This document shows positions 29,298 to 39,104 of a stretch of DNA of 64,000 nucleotides, piece after piece. Each line of letters opens with the position of its first letter. Positions within the stretch are counted from its first letter, which is position 1. This stretch comes from an uncultured Chloroflexia bacterium (GTDB lineage: Bacteria > Chloroflexota > Limnocylindria > Limnocylindrales > CSP1-4), in NCBI GenBank assembly GCA_963833225.1, contig CAWHXD010000019.1, forward strand, positions 128,001 to 192,000. Direction: 5' to 3'. A program made the position numbers and the translations under genes. The notes below the pieces were generated by a model. It had not been told where the DNA came from. It ran no database searches and saw only the letters and a program-made list of their open reading frames with translations.

Positions 29298-32177
29298 GAT
29301 GCGGCGTCCACGAGCGGCGGATCGAACGGCGTCGGCGTGGACGGCGTGAACTCGGCGGCAAGGGCCAGCCCCTCGAGCGCGGTCGCCACGCGTCCCCGAC
29401 CCCGGCGCTTGGCGACGAAGCACGCCCGATCCGCGGCCAGGAGGACCTCCTCGGCAGTGCGTCCGTCCACCGGGAACGCCGCCGTGCCGATCGAGGCGGA
29501 CACGTGCATGCCATCGGCCACCCACGTCGGACCCCGGCGCCCCGACGCCCGCGATCGCGGCCCGCACGCGCTCCGCGACGACCGCCACGCCCGTGGCCTC
29601 GGTCCGAAGCAGGAGGACGGCGAGCTCGTCGCCGCCGTACCTGAACACGGCGTCGGTCATCAAGACCGTTCCCCGCACGGCCTGGGCGATCTCGCGCAAG
29701 AGCCGGTCACCGGCCTGGTGGCCCATCGTGTCATTGACGGTCTTGAACGAGTCGAGATCGATCATCAGCAGGCCGAACGGATCGCCGGCCGCGACGCTTC
29801 GCTCCAGGTACTCGTTGAAGGTCCCGTGATTGAGGAGGCCAGTGAGGTCATCGGTCCTGGCGCGGACCTCGGCCTCCTGGAACGACTCCGCGTTGCGCAG
29901 GGCGATGGACACCTGGGCGGCAAACAGCTTGACGAGCTCGAACTCCTGCTCGTCGAACGCCATCGTTGGTCCCACGCGCTCGAGCGTGAGCACGCCGATG
30001 GCCCCGTGCGGGCCGATGAGCGGCACCACGATCAGGCTCCCCTCGATCGGGCCCATGTCACGGAAGTGGTTGACGCGAGGGTCGGTTGACTCGTCCCCGA
30101 TCAGCACCGGCTCGTTGTGGTCCACGACCCAGGTGGCGATGCCCGTCTCACCCGGTTCCCACGGCAGCATGAAGTAGTCCGCGTGCACGCCGCGCGCGGT
30201 CAGCGGCTTGAGCATTCCCGATGGACGGTCCACGACCTCGATCGCGATGTTGTCGCACTGGATCAATGAGCCCAGCCGCTCGGTGATCTGGTCGAGCACC
30301 GAGTGCTGGTCGAATGTCGTCAGCATCGACTCCGTGATCCGCAGGAGCTCCGCCTGGGCCCGCACCTGGCGCTCGAGCGCGGTTGACTGCTCCCGCAGGC
30401 GCGCGGTCGCGTCGGCGTTGGCCATCGCCTGGGCCGCGAACGACGCGTAGATGACGAGCAGGCGCAGGTCATCCTCGGTGAACTGGCGGAGCCCGGGCTT
30501 GGCGAGGACCAGGACACCGATGCACTGGTCCTCGTGCACCATCGGTGCCAGCAGCAGCGACTCGTCACCATGCTCCTCGGTGCCGGGGATGGTGATCCCA
30601 CGCGGGTCACTCGCCGAGTCGTCCACGAGCTGCGCGACGCGGAACTGGGCCACCCAGCCCGTGATCCCCTGGCCAACGGGCACCGCGAGGCTCTCGGGGG
30701 TCTCCTCGCTATAGACGCGTCCGTAGCCCTGGTAGGCCACGGGCCGGAGCTCGTCGCCAAACACCCGGTAGACCCGGGCGTTGTCGTAGCTGATGAGCTG
30801 TCGGAGCTCGGTGGCGATCGTGGTCCCGATGTCGTGGACATCGCTGAGCCCGGCGAGTCGGGCCCCCAGGCGCTGGATGGACTGCAGCTGGGCGGCCCAC
30901 GCGGCCATGCGGCTGAACGTGCGAGCCGAGCGAACGGCGACCGCGGCGTCATCCGCGAGCGCTTCGGCAGCTTCGAGATCGCCGTCTCGCCAGCGGTACG
31001 GTCGATCGTGGGCGAGGTAGAGGACCCCCTGGATCTCGTTGCCGTCCACGAGCGGGGCCGCAAGCAGGCTCCCAAGGCCCTCCTGGATCCCGGCCGCCCG
31101 GGCCGGGCTGGAGCCGCGAGGGGCATCTGGGCCCACCAGGGGCTGGGGTCGCCGTGACGGCACCTCGCGCTGGGTGCCCTGGCCTTGCTCGAGCTCGCGG
31201 GCGGACGCCAGGAACGCCTCGGAGAAGCCCGATCCGCCCGGCGAGGAGACGCGCCCCTCGCTGTCGCGCAGGATCACCGCCACCCGGTCTGCGCCGAACA
31301 GGACGCGGGCATGGTCGGAGAGGTCGCGGATCACGTCCGCCACGTCAAGCCGTGACAGGAGGTCGGTGGCGACGCGCCGCAGGGCTTCGGATCGGCGAAG
31401 CCTCGCCGCGGCCTGCTCAGCTGCCGAGGCGCCGCGGACCAGCACGCCCAGGGTCCGGGCGATGGCGGTGGCGAGACTGCGGCCGTCGTCGGGTCCCAGC
31501 TCCATCGCCCCAGCGAGCACCAGGACGCCCCACGGGGTATCGCCGCCGGGAAGGGCCACAACGAGCTCATCGGTGCCGATGCCGAGGATCGGACTCACCT
31601 GCGGATCGCCTGGCCGGGCGTGGACGGGCTGGTCGCTCTCCAGCGCTCGTGCGAACAGCGTGCGCCCCGGCGGGATGCTCCGGAGGGCCGTCACGCCGGC
31701 GCCCTCGGCGTCGGTGGCGCGCGGGACCAGGCCGCCGGGCCGGCGCTCCCAGACGCCGACGAGCGCGGCACCGGTCGTCAGTCGGATCCGCCGGCACGCC
31801 TCGTCGAGGGCCGTGTCCAGCCCGGACGGGAACGAGGCGATCTCCGCGAGATCGGCCAGGAGGTCGAGACCGGCCGTGGTCTCGGTGAGGGTGGCCTGGC
31901 CGTCCCGGCGCAGCCCCCGGATCGGGGCGAGGTCCGTGATGTCTGCGGGCACGGCCGCCTCGGCGGCGCTCAGGAACCGCTGCAGGTCGCTGAGCCGGTA
32001 GCGCCGGTCGCCACGGTCGTTGATCCGGTAGTAGCGCAGCCGACCCGCCTCGCTCCACGCGCGGACCGTGTTGGGGTGCACGCCGAGCACCGTCGCGGCC
32101 TTGGCGACGTTCAGGGTGGCATCTCCCGGCCGAGGGGTCCGGGCTGGTTGGGTGGAAGTGTGGGATTTGGTAGGCAT
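29294..32177 (-). CDS. HTH (MerR/excisionase-like) - multi-GAF - GGDEF diguanylate cyclase; apparent frameshift near 29530
   Basis: KAATVLGVHPNTVRAW..GRL...GDRRY; about four GAF-like segments; TDDLTGLLN, DLDSFKTVNDTMGH, RYGGDEL. C-terminal SASIG..FP..G....LLAADRA..AK lies in the adjacent frame. Confidence 0.85.
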
Positions 32178-32267
32178 GGTGGCTTGCGCGCAAGGTTCCC
32201 AGACTTCACAGGAGTTGCCAATAGGACGATCCGCCCATCATCGCGTCGGCCAGCCGCGCCCGGTTCG

Positions 32268-32564
32268 TCAGCCCTGGCGAGGACCGCCGGTGGCGCGCAC
32301 ATAGGCCAGGGTCGCGCCGAGCGCCAGCAGGGCGATCACCGTGACGACGCCGATCGCCAGCAGCGGATCGCCGACCAGGCCCGGGCCCTGTCCGCTGCTG
32401 CGCGGATCCCCGCCCGGCAGGGCGGATGGGCTCGGGGACGCCGCCAGCACGGATGCGGCTGCCGCGAGCGTGCCGGCCAGCGCGATGCTCGCGGCGGTCG
32501 CGACGGCCGCCGCCCGCCGGATCGTTCTCCAGCCGACGGCTGCGCCCCGGTCAGACCAGGACAT
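32268..32564 (-). CDS. Small membrane protein
   Basis: Signal-like segment plus C-terminal TM helix; GGDPRSSGQGPGLVG. Confidence 0.6.
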   Translation of the reverse strand: MSWSDRGAAVGWRTIRRAAAVATAASIALAGTLAAAASVLAASPSPSALPGGDPRSSGQGPGLVGDPLLAIGVVTVIALLALGATLAYVRATGGPRQG

Positions 32565-33267
32565 CGACAAGCGCCCAGAGGAGGCCGCCGAGGAGCGCCA
32601 CGACGCCGCCACCCAGGAGCAGGCTGATCGCGCGCGTCGTGCCCTGCCGGCCCTCGGCCAGCAGGCGGAGCGCCTCCTTCGGCTCGAGGTTGGTGAGGAT
32701 CAGCGGCCGGTTCAGGCCGGGCCCGAGGATCGGCCCTCGCCCAGGATCCAGCGAGGGCACGCCGAGCACCAGCACGTGGTCGACGCTCGTGAGCAGCTCG
32801 AGCCGAAGGCGCGCCGGCGTCGCCGGGTCGGTGCCCTCCGGGACTCGTTCACCAAGGTCCGCCGCGGTGCCCACCGACTCGCGCGTCACCACGACAAGGC
32901 CCTCGTCCACCGAGTCCCCGTCGATCGCCAACCGGTCGAGTCCCTCGCTGATCTCGAACGGGACAACCTCGCGGTGATCCTCGAAGGCCACCCACCGGCC
33001 GCCCTGCCACAGCTCGAGTCGCCGCCGTCGCAGGACCAGCGGCCGGTGCTCCTCGTCCTCCCACTCGTCATTGGAGCCCACGCGCCCGGTGACGCCCAGG
33101 TACCGGGGCCGGGACGAGCTCGCCGCCGCGACGGCCTCGGCGACCGGGACCGTCCGTGTGGACGCCAGGATCCGGCCGATGCGCGCACCGGGACCCAGAC
33201 CGCGCATGAGCCACCAGCCGGCGACCAGGGCGAACCCGCCGACGATGACAAGCAAGAGGGGGATCAC
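32551..33267 (-). CDS. Membrane protein with two terminal TM helices (GIDE-like architecture)
   Basis: N- and C-terminal hydrophobic helices around a beta-rich domain; GTG start at 33267. Confidence 0.65.
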   Translation of the reverse strand: MIPLLLVIVGGFALVAGWWLMRGLGPGARIGRILASTRTVPVAEAVAAASSSRPRYLGVTGRVGSNDEWEDEEHRPLVLRRRRLELWQGGRWVAFEDHREVVPFEISEGLDRLAIDGDSVDEGLVVVTRESVGTAADLGERVPEGTDPATPARLRLELLTSVDHVLVLGVPSLDPGRGPILGPGLNRPLILTNLEPKEALRLLAEGRQGTTRAISLLLGGGVVALLGGLLWALVDVLV

Positions 33268-33299
33268 GGGCCGATGATCGCACAGGCCATCACCTGGGC

Positions 33300-33453
33300 C
33301 GCTTCGCGCTGCGCGCGTACGCAAGCCGCGACCTTGGGCTCAGGCGCCGGCAGGGTGCCAGCGAGGGGGGAATCAGTCGCCCGAAGGAACCTACCCGACG
33401 CATGGGCCTTGATGTCATCGCGGCCGTTAGCATCGCTCGGCCCCTTCGGGCTG
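33300..33453 (-). ncRNA. Putative structured ncRNA (long irregular hairpin with central bubble; 6S-like?)
   Basis: Long-range complementarity 33325-33331/33418-33424 and 33344-33354/33390-33401 (G-U pairs favour the minus strand); promoter directly upstream. Confidence 0.4.
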
Positions 33454-33459
33454 GAATCA

Positions 33460-33546
33460 ACGCTACGCGCCGTTGGGGACGGGGGTCAATTCCCTTATCC
33501 ACCCCGTTCTGTCCAATCTGGCCGAGTTGTCCACCGCTTGTCCACG
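33460..33546 (-). promoter_or_regulatory. Sigma70-like promoter with upstream DnaA-box-like cluster
   Basis: Minus-strand TTGACC-18 bp-TAGCGT; plus-strand TTATCCACC (33495), TTGTCCACC (33527) and TTGTCCACG (33538). Confidence 0.5.
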
Positions 33547-33580
33547 CCCGACGCCCGACGCCGACGCCCGCTCGCCCGGG

Positions 33581-34177
33581 TCAGCCGGTGCCACGTCCCG
33601 TGAGCGGGTCAAGCGCCCGCACCTCGCCGCCAAAGCTCGTGAGCACGAGCCGACCGCCCACCAGCTCGGCGTCGGTGACCACGTCCGAGTGGGCCACCCG
33701 CCAGCTGACCTCGCCGTCGGGACGCAGGGCGAAGGTCTCGATCTCGGCCTGGGCCACGACATGCGGCAGTCGCGATGACCCGACGATCACGATCACCGGT
33801 GACGCGGAGCGATGGGCCCAGCGCAGCACGCCGGTGCGGGCCTCGAACGCGTAGACGTGGAAGCCGTACTTGACAAGCAGCAGGGCCTCGGTATCCCAGA
33901 GCAGGCCGGCGGGCGCGTCGCTGATCAGCGAAGCGAGGCGAACGGTCCACGGTCCGGCAGGCGTGTCCACCCGGATCTCGGCCCGGCAGCGGCGTTCCGG
34001 CTCCGAGCCGGTCATCGGGCCGAGATCGGTCATCGGGCCACCGGCCTCCGACAGCGCGAATACGGCGGCGCCTTCGCCGGACCCGGCCCAGCGCATGGCC
34101 GCGCGAATGCCGCCCGGAAACTGGACGACGGCGTGGCTTGGCTCGGCGGGCACCGGTCGGGACGCGGGCAGGCTCAG
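33581..34177 (-). CDS. Hypothetical protein with PQQ-like beta-propeller repeats
   Basis: YAFEARTGVLRW, FALRPDGEVSW, RALDPLTG; start either CTG 34177 (overlapping the upstream stop) or ATG 34096. Confidence 0.65.
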   Translation of the reverse strand: MSLPASRPVPAEPSHAVVQFPGGIRAAMRWAGSGEGAAVFALSEAGGPMTDLGPMTGSEPERRCRAEIRVDTPAGPWTVRLASLISDAPAGLLWDTEALLLVKYGFHVYAFEARTGVLRWAHRSASPVIVIVGSSRLPHVVAQAEIETFALRPDGEVSWRVAHSDVVTDAELVGGRLVLTSFGGEVRALDPLTGRGTG

Positions 34178-34746
34178 GTGCCGGGGTTCGGCTGCAGCGT
34201 GGAGCTGCCCAGTCCGGCACCCTCGGCCAGGATGTCCGCCTGGCGGCGTTCCTCGCAGATCGGGGCAACGGTCGCGTTCGACAGCATCCGCAAGGTCGCG
34301 GGCGGGACCGGGAACACGGCGGTCGGGGTGCCGGCAGAGGCCCACACGACCTGGAACCGCCCCAGGTCCGGGTCCATGATCACGCGCACCGTCCGTGGGT
34401 GGCCGATGGGCGGGATCCCGCCGATGGTGTAGCCGGTCAGGTCCCGTGCCTCGATCGCGGTGGCGCGGCGGACGTCACGCTCTCCGGTGACGGCAGCCAG
34501 GCGTGCGAGATCGACACGGTTTGGGCCGGACACCAGGCACAGGATCGGCTCGAGGGTCTCGTCCTCGGCAGGGGCGACGAAGATCAGCGACTTGACGATC
34601 TGGCCGAGCTCCGCACCGACGGCCGCAGCCGCTTCCTCGGCAGTGTGGGTGGACTCCGAGAAGGCGTGGACATCAAGGGCGACGCCCTTGCGCGCAGCGG
34701 CGTCGATCACCCGCTGGGTTGGCGTGGGCGTCGAGAGCTCAGGCAC
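34174..34746 (-). CDS. YbaK/EbsC family aminoacyl-tRNA deacylase-like protein
   Basis: THTAEEAAAAVG..LGQIVKSLIF, TGYTIGGIPPIGH, WASAGT. Confidence 0.92.
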   Translation of the reverse strand: MPELSTPTPTQRVIDAAARKGVALDVHAFSESTHTAEEAAAAVGAELGQIVKSLIFVAPAEDETLEPILCLVSGPNRVDLARLAAVTGERDVRRATAIEARDLTGYTIGGIPPIGHPRTVRVIMDPDLGRFQVVWASAGTPTAVFPVPPATLRMLSNATVAPICEERRQADILAEGAGLGSSTLQPNPGT

Positions 34747-34810
34747 GATCCGAAGGGTACACGACGGGGGTTGTGAGCCGTGTGCCCGAGCGGCGAGTAC
34801 GATCCGGACG

Positions 34811-35518
34811 ATGCCTCACGCCGCGCCTCGCCAGCGCCATGTCCTCGTCGTCGCGGACGGCGACGTCCCGCCGCGCTCTGCCCTGGACCAGGCCTGGCCC
34901 GGCTGGGACGACGCCGTGACCGACGTGATCGCGGCCGACGGTGGTCTGGCGCGCGCCCAGGGCCTCGGCCTGTCCCCGGACGTCCTCGTCGGTGACCTGG
35001 ACTCCGTGGATCCCGCGGCCGCCCACGCGGCGGAGCGCGACGGGATCGAGATCCTGAGAGCCCCCGCGGACAAGGACGAGTCGGACACGGAGCTGGCGCT
35101 GCTCGAGGCGGTCCGGCGCGGCGCGACCCGGGTGACCGTGCTCGGCGCGCTTGGCGGACCGAGGCTGGACCACGCGCTGGCGAACCTCTGGTTGCTCGCC
35201 CACCCGGGCCTCGCGGGGGTCGAGACCACGCTCCTCGACGGGTCGACCCGGGCACGGCTCCTCACGGGTCCTGCCGTCCAGCGGCTGCCCGGCGAGGTGG
35301 GGGCAACCGTGTCGCTCCTGCCGATCGGCGGCGACGCGCACGGGATCACCACCAGCGGTTTCCACTACCCGCTCCACGGTGAGACGCTGCGCACCGGGCC
35401 CGCGCGCGGCCTGTCCAACGTCCGGACGGCGCCGGACGCGTCGGTCACCCTCCGGGAGGGCCGCCTCCTGGTCGTGGAGGTGACGGTCCCGAAGGTCCCG
35501 CTAGACTCCTCCCCATGA
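34811..35518 (+). CDS. thiN: Thiamine diphosphokinase
   Basis: IAADGG, VGDLDS, DKDESDTELAL, GALGGPRLDHALAN, GLSN. Confidence 0.9.
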   Translation: MPHAAPRQRHVLVVADGDVPPRSALDQAWPGWDDAVTDVIAADGGLARAQGLGLSPDVLVGDLDSVDPAAAHAAERDGIEILRAPADKDESDTELALLEAVRRGATRVTVLGALGGPRLDHALANLWLLAHPGLAGVETTLLDGSTRARLLTGPAVQRLPGEVGATVSLLPIGGDAHGITTSGFHYPLHGETLRTGPARGLSNVRTAPDASVTLREGRLLVVEVTVPKVPLDSSP

Positions 35519-36000
35519 CGACCCTGCGCGCCGGCGACCCGGCACCCGATCTCGTGCTCCCCGATGAGCACGGCACCCTGCAGCGCCTGGCAGACCGCCA
35601 CGGCTCCTGGACCGTCGTCTACTTCTACCCGAAGGACGACACGCCCGGCTGCACCACCGAGGCCTGCGGCTTCCGCGACCTTGACGCCGATATCGCCGGG
35701 CTGGGCGCACGCGTGTGGGGGATCAGCCCCGATCACGCGGCGAGCCATGCGGCATTCCGCGCGAAGTTCGGCCTCCCGTTCACCCTGCTCAGCGACGAGG
35801 ACCATGCGGTCGCGGAGCGCTGGGGGGCATGGGGTGAGAAGACCAGCTACGGCAAGACGTCGGTCGGGATCCTGCGTTCGACGTTCCTCGTCGACCCCGA
35901 CGGCCGGATCGCCAGGGCGTGGCCCCGCGTCAGGACGGACGGGCACGCCGGGCAGGTCCTGGACGCCCTCCGCGCAGCCCTCGCCGGGCGTGACGCGTGA
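35515..36000 (+). CDS. bcp: Peroxiredoxin Bcp
   Basis: YFYPKDDTPGCTTEACGFRD, LPFTLLSD, RSTFLVD. Confidence 0.93.
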   Translation: MTTLRAGDPAPDLVLPDEHGTLQRLADRHGSWTVVYFYPKDDTPGCTTEACGFRDLDADIAGLGARVWGISPDHAASHAAFRAKFGLPFTLLSDEDHAVAERWGAWGEKTSYGKTSVGILRSTFLVDPDGRIARAWPRVRTDGHAGQVLDALRAALAGRDA

Positions 36001-36025
36001 TCCGCGCGACGAGAAACGCGTAACG

Positions 36026-36063
36026 AAAAAGGCTTCGCTCGTGGGGGGAGACGAGCGAAGCCT
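36026..36063 (-). terminator. Perfect 13-bp hairpin with U-tract on the minus strand (intrinsic terminator or tiny sRNA)
   Basis: AGGCTTCGCTCGT-loop-ACGAGCGAAGCCT preceded by AAAAA on the plus strand. Confidence 0.65.
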
Positions 36064-36159
36064 CAGCCCGCAATCTAGCACAAAGGACGGTGTCGTGGTC
36101 TCCGATTCGCAACCTTCCGCGGCATCGACGACCGACGCGGAAATCGAGGGAGGTCGATC

Positions 36160-36903
36160 GTGACGGACGCCACAGAACACGCACCGCACGCCTGGCGCCC
36201 GCCGCGTTTCATGGTGATCGTCGCGCACCCTGACGACGCCGACTTCGGGCCGGCCGCGACGGCGGCCCGCTGGATCGACGACGGATCCGAGGGGTGGCTG
36301 GTCTGCTGCACCAGCGGTGACGCGGGGGCCGACGACTGGCGGACCGACCCCATCGAGCTGGCAACCGTTCGCGAGGCCGAGCAGCGGTCGGCCGCCGAAG
36401 TGGTGGGCTATGCCGGCATCTCGTTCATCCACCAGCCGGACGGCGCCCTCGCCAACGATCTCGCGCTGCGCGAGCAGCTCGTGCGCCAGATCCGGACGTT
36501 CCGCCCGGACGCTGTCCTGGCCGTGGACCCGGAGACGCTGTTCTACTTGGACGGCGGCGTGAACCACGCCGACCACCGCACGTCGGGGCTCGCGGCAGTG
36601 GATGCGGTCTACCCGGCGGCGCGCAACCCGATGGCGTTCCCGTGGCTGGCCCGCGATGGCCTGGAGCCGTGGATGGTCCGCCGGCTGTACCTGTTCTGGT
36701 CGAACCACCCATCGGCGTGGATCGACGTGACCCCCACCCTGGAGCGCAAGATCGCGGCGCTCCGCGCGCATCCCAGCCAGCTCCGCCATCCCGAGGAGCT
36801 CGAGCCGAGGATCCGCGAGTGGGCGACGGAGGAGGGGGCCGTCATCGGCGTGGAGGCAGCCGAGGCGTTCCGGGTCATCGTCATCGAGGGCGATGTCGAC
36901 TGA
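36160..36903 (+). CDS. PIG-L/LmbE family deacetylase
   Basis: AHPDDADFG, TSGDAG, REAEQ, NHADH, ALRAHPSQ. Confidence 0.9.
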   Translation: MTDATEHAPHAWRPPRFMVIVAHPDDADFGPAATAARWIDDGSEGWLVCCTSGDAGADDWRTDPIELATVREAEQRSAAEVVGYAGISFIHQPDGALANDLALREQLVRQIRTFRPDAVLAVDPETLFYLDGGVNHADHRTSGLAAVDAVYPAARNPMAFPWLARDGLEPWMVRRLYLFWSNHPSAWIDVTPTLERKIAALRAHPSQLRHPEELEPRIREWATEEGAVIGVEAAEAFRVIVIEGDVD

Positions 36904-36912
36904 CGGGCGGAT

Positions 36913-38712
36913 CTACCTGGCCAGCAGGGCGGGCCGCACCCGACCCCAGGCGTTCCACAGGTCGGCAAGCTCCGCGGCGCGACCACCCAGCGCATCGACC
37001 ATCTGCCCGAGGGAAAGGTCCCCGGCGTGGTCCACGAGCCACTCGTCGGCCGCGACGACCGCCTGCTCGTACAACGTGCCGATCTGTGCCTCGTTCGGCC
37101 ACGTCCGGATCCGCATCCGGTCCAGTCCCGCGTAGCCCACCGCGAGCGACAGGTCGCGCGCCGGCGGTTGGCGACCGTCCGCAAACCCGCCGAGGCCGTC
37201 ATAGCGGTACCCGAGCGCCGACAGGGCGCCCACGATGTCGCGGGCCTCGCGGTGCTCGAACAGCCGCCAGAAGGGGTGGTCCTCGGGAAGGTCCAGGTAG
37301 CCGTCCTCGATGGCCCGACCGACGATCACGTCCACGAGACGCGAGATCCGGAGGTGCCACTCGCGTTCGGCCTCGGGTTCCCCCGCGGCGAGCGTGGCCA
37401 CCAGCAGCTCGCGCGTCTCGCGGTCGCCGCGGAGCAGGCGGGTCACGACGGGGAAGCCGGCCATGATCTCCGCAGGCGAGGGCTCGCGCTCAGCCTCAGG
37501 CAGGTCGGGATGCTCCACCGGCCAGACCTTGGCGAACGGGTGCGGCTCATCGGCGGGCGGCGGCGTCCTGCGGGCGAGCTCGTCGGCCTCCTCGCAGCTC
37601 GCGAGGTCCTGGCGTGCCTCGTGGCAGCCGCCGTCGGCGTTCTCGGACGCGATGCGGGCCGCGTCCGCCTGGGCCGACAGGCGCTCCAGGGCCGGCTGGG
37701 CGGCACGGAGCTCGGCAATGCCCTGGTCGGCGGCGCGACGGGCCTCGCGCACGGCCGCGTTGAGGTCGTTGATCTCGTCGAGCCACGCGCGCGCCGCGGC
37801 CTCCGTGTCGTCCGGGCCACCGGCCCGCGCGGTGGCGGTGCGGAACAGCGAGTGAAGACGTTCCTTCTCGGCGGCGACCCGGCGCGGGTCGGCCGTGGAC
37901 TCCGACGAGTCGACGCGTTCGCGCAGGACATCGTAGGCACGCTGCGCCTCGCGCAGCGCATCGGCGGCGGCATCGGCGGTGCCACGCGCCGCATCCGCGA
38001 ACGCGCAGCGTTCCTCGACCAGTCGGCGCTGGGTACCACACGGGTCCGTGTCCGGGACGGGCTTGCCAGGCGAGGGCGTGCCGGACGAGGGCGTGCCGGA
38101 CGAGGGTGTGCCGGAGGACCCGTCTGCCCGTCCCGCCGGTCCCGCGCCACGCCCGGTCCCGGCGTGCGGCGTGATGGGAGGGCGAACGCGCTCGGCCGAC
38201 GCCTGGGCCAGCGCAAGGCTGGTGAACGAGTCGTCGCGCGCCGGTCGGGCCGGCCGTTGCGACCGGGCGGCGAACGCCGTGGCCGCAACCGGCCTGAGCA
38301 CGGCGACGCCGACCCCGATCCCGGCGGCATCGGTGCGGTCGATCGAGCGGTCCATGGGCACCGCCACGGCCGTCTCGGGCAGGGTGACGGGGGCTGATGG
38401 AACGCGCGTTCTAGCCTGGATGGTTGCGACGCCGTCGGCCGTGGCCCGCGCGCCGGTATCGGGCTGGGCGTTGTCGCGCGGCGGCTGCGGTCGATCGGCG
38501 TCGGGCCAGCCGGACATGGGATCCGGGAGGTCGTCGCCGGACGGAACGGCGAGCGTCCGGGGGCGCCTGGCGGGGATCGCGTTCGGGGTGATCGTGAGCC
38601 GGACCTCGCGGCGCGCCGAGGACCGGACCCGCATCACCAGCGTGAGCGCCACGCCGACGGCGGCACCGAGCGCCAGGCCGACGGCGAGAAGGGCGGTCTC
38701 GGAGGTGGTCAC
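36913..38712 (-). CDS. Membrane-anchored hypothetical protein with low-complexity linker and coiled coil
   Basis: N-terminal TM after GGGAG-GTG; SSGTP x3 repeat; A/E/R-rich helices; globular C-terminal domain. Confidence 0.7.
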   Translation of the reverse strand: MTTSETALLAVGLALGAAVGVALTLVMRVRSSARREVRLTITPNAIPARRPRTLAVPSGDDLPDPMSGWPDADRPQPPRDNAQPDTGARATADGVATIQARTRVPSAPVTLPETAVAVPMDRSIDRTDAAGIGVGVAVLRPVAATAFAARSQRPARPARDDSFTSLALAQASAERVRPPITPHAGTGRGAGPAGRADGSSGTPSSGTPSSGTPSPGKPVPDTDPCGTQRRLVEERCAFADAARGTADAAADALREAQRAYDVLRERVDSSESTADPRRVAAEKERLHSLFRTATARAGGPDDTEAAARAWLDEINDLNAAVREARRAADQGIAELRAAQPALERLSAQADAARIASENADGGCHEARQDLASCEEADELARRTPPPADEPHPFAKVWPVEHPDLPEAEREPSPAEIMAGFPVVTRLLRGDRETRELLVATLAAGEPEAEREWHLRISRLVDVIVGRAIEDGYLDLPEDHPFWRLFEHREARDIVGALSALGYRYDGLGGFADGRQPPARDLSLAVGYAGLDRMRIRTWPNEAQIGTLYEQAVVAADEWLVDHAGDLSLGQMVDALGGRAAELADLWNAWGRVRPALLAR

Positions 38713-38802
38713 GACGCTCCCGTGCATCCCGAGCTTGGTGGGCGTCGGGCTGGCGCCAGCGTCAGCTGCGCCCGGGGGCGTCGTCAACTCGCGCGCGACC
38801 CT

Positions 38803-38873
38803 GATTCGCGGGCGTGCCCGGGGCGATTCGCGGGCGTGTCCGGGGCGTGTCCGGGGCGTGGCCGGGGCGTGTC
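38803..38873. repeat. Intergenic 11-bp-period tandem repeat (six GGGCG-containing units)
   Basis: GGGCG at 38810, 38821, 38832, 38843, 38854 and 38865. Confidence 0.8.
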
Positions 38874-39104
38874 GACGCGCACGCGTGGGGCCGAGCAGCG
38901 CCTGGATTTCGGGCGCCTGCGGCACCCGGGATCGTGCCTTCATTGCCTGTCGATGGTCCATTGGACGGTCCAGACGCGCCAAATGGCCCCCTTTGCCATG
39001 CACGTCCGCTCGCGGCTTGGTACTCTCGCACGCGTCGGCGGCGTCCCCCCGCCGGGGTTTTCCCGTCGCCCAGCCCCGAGCCCAGCAAGAGGCCCGCTCG
39101 CTTC

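Noticed and set aside
28797-32177. Apparent 1126-aa HTH-GAF-GGDEF-LysM fusion
   Set aside because: A one-base frameshift near 29530 diverts the GGDEF frame into the downstream LysM lipoprotein gene; the true GGDEF C-terminus is in the adjacent frame.
33495-33546. Chromosomal replication origin
   Set aside because: Only three or four imperfect boxes, no clear AT-rich unwinding element and no dnaA/dnaN nearby.
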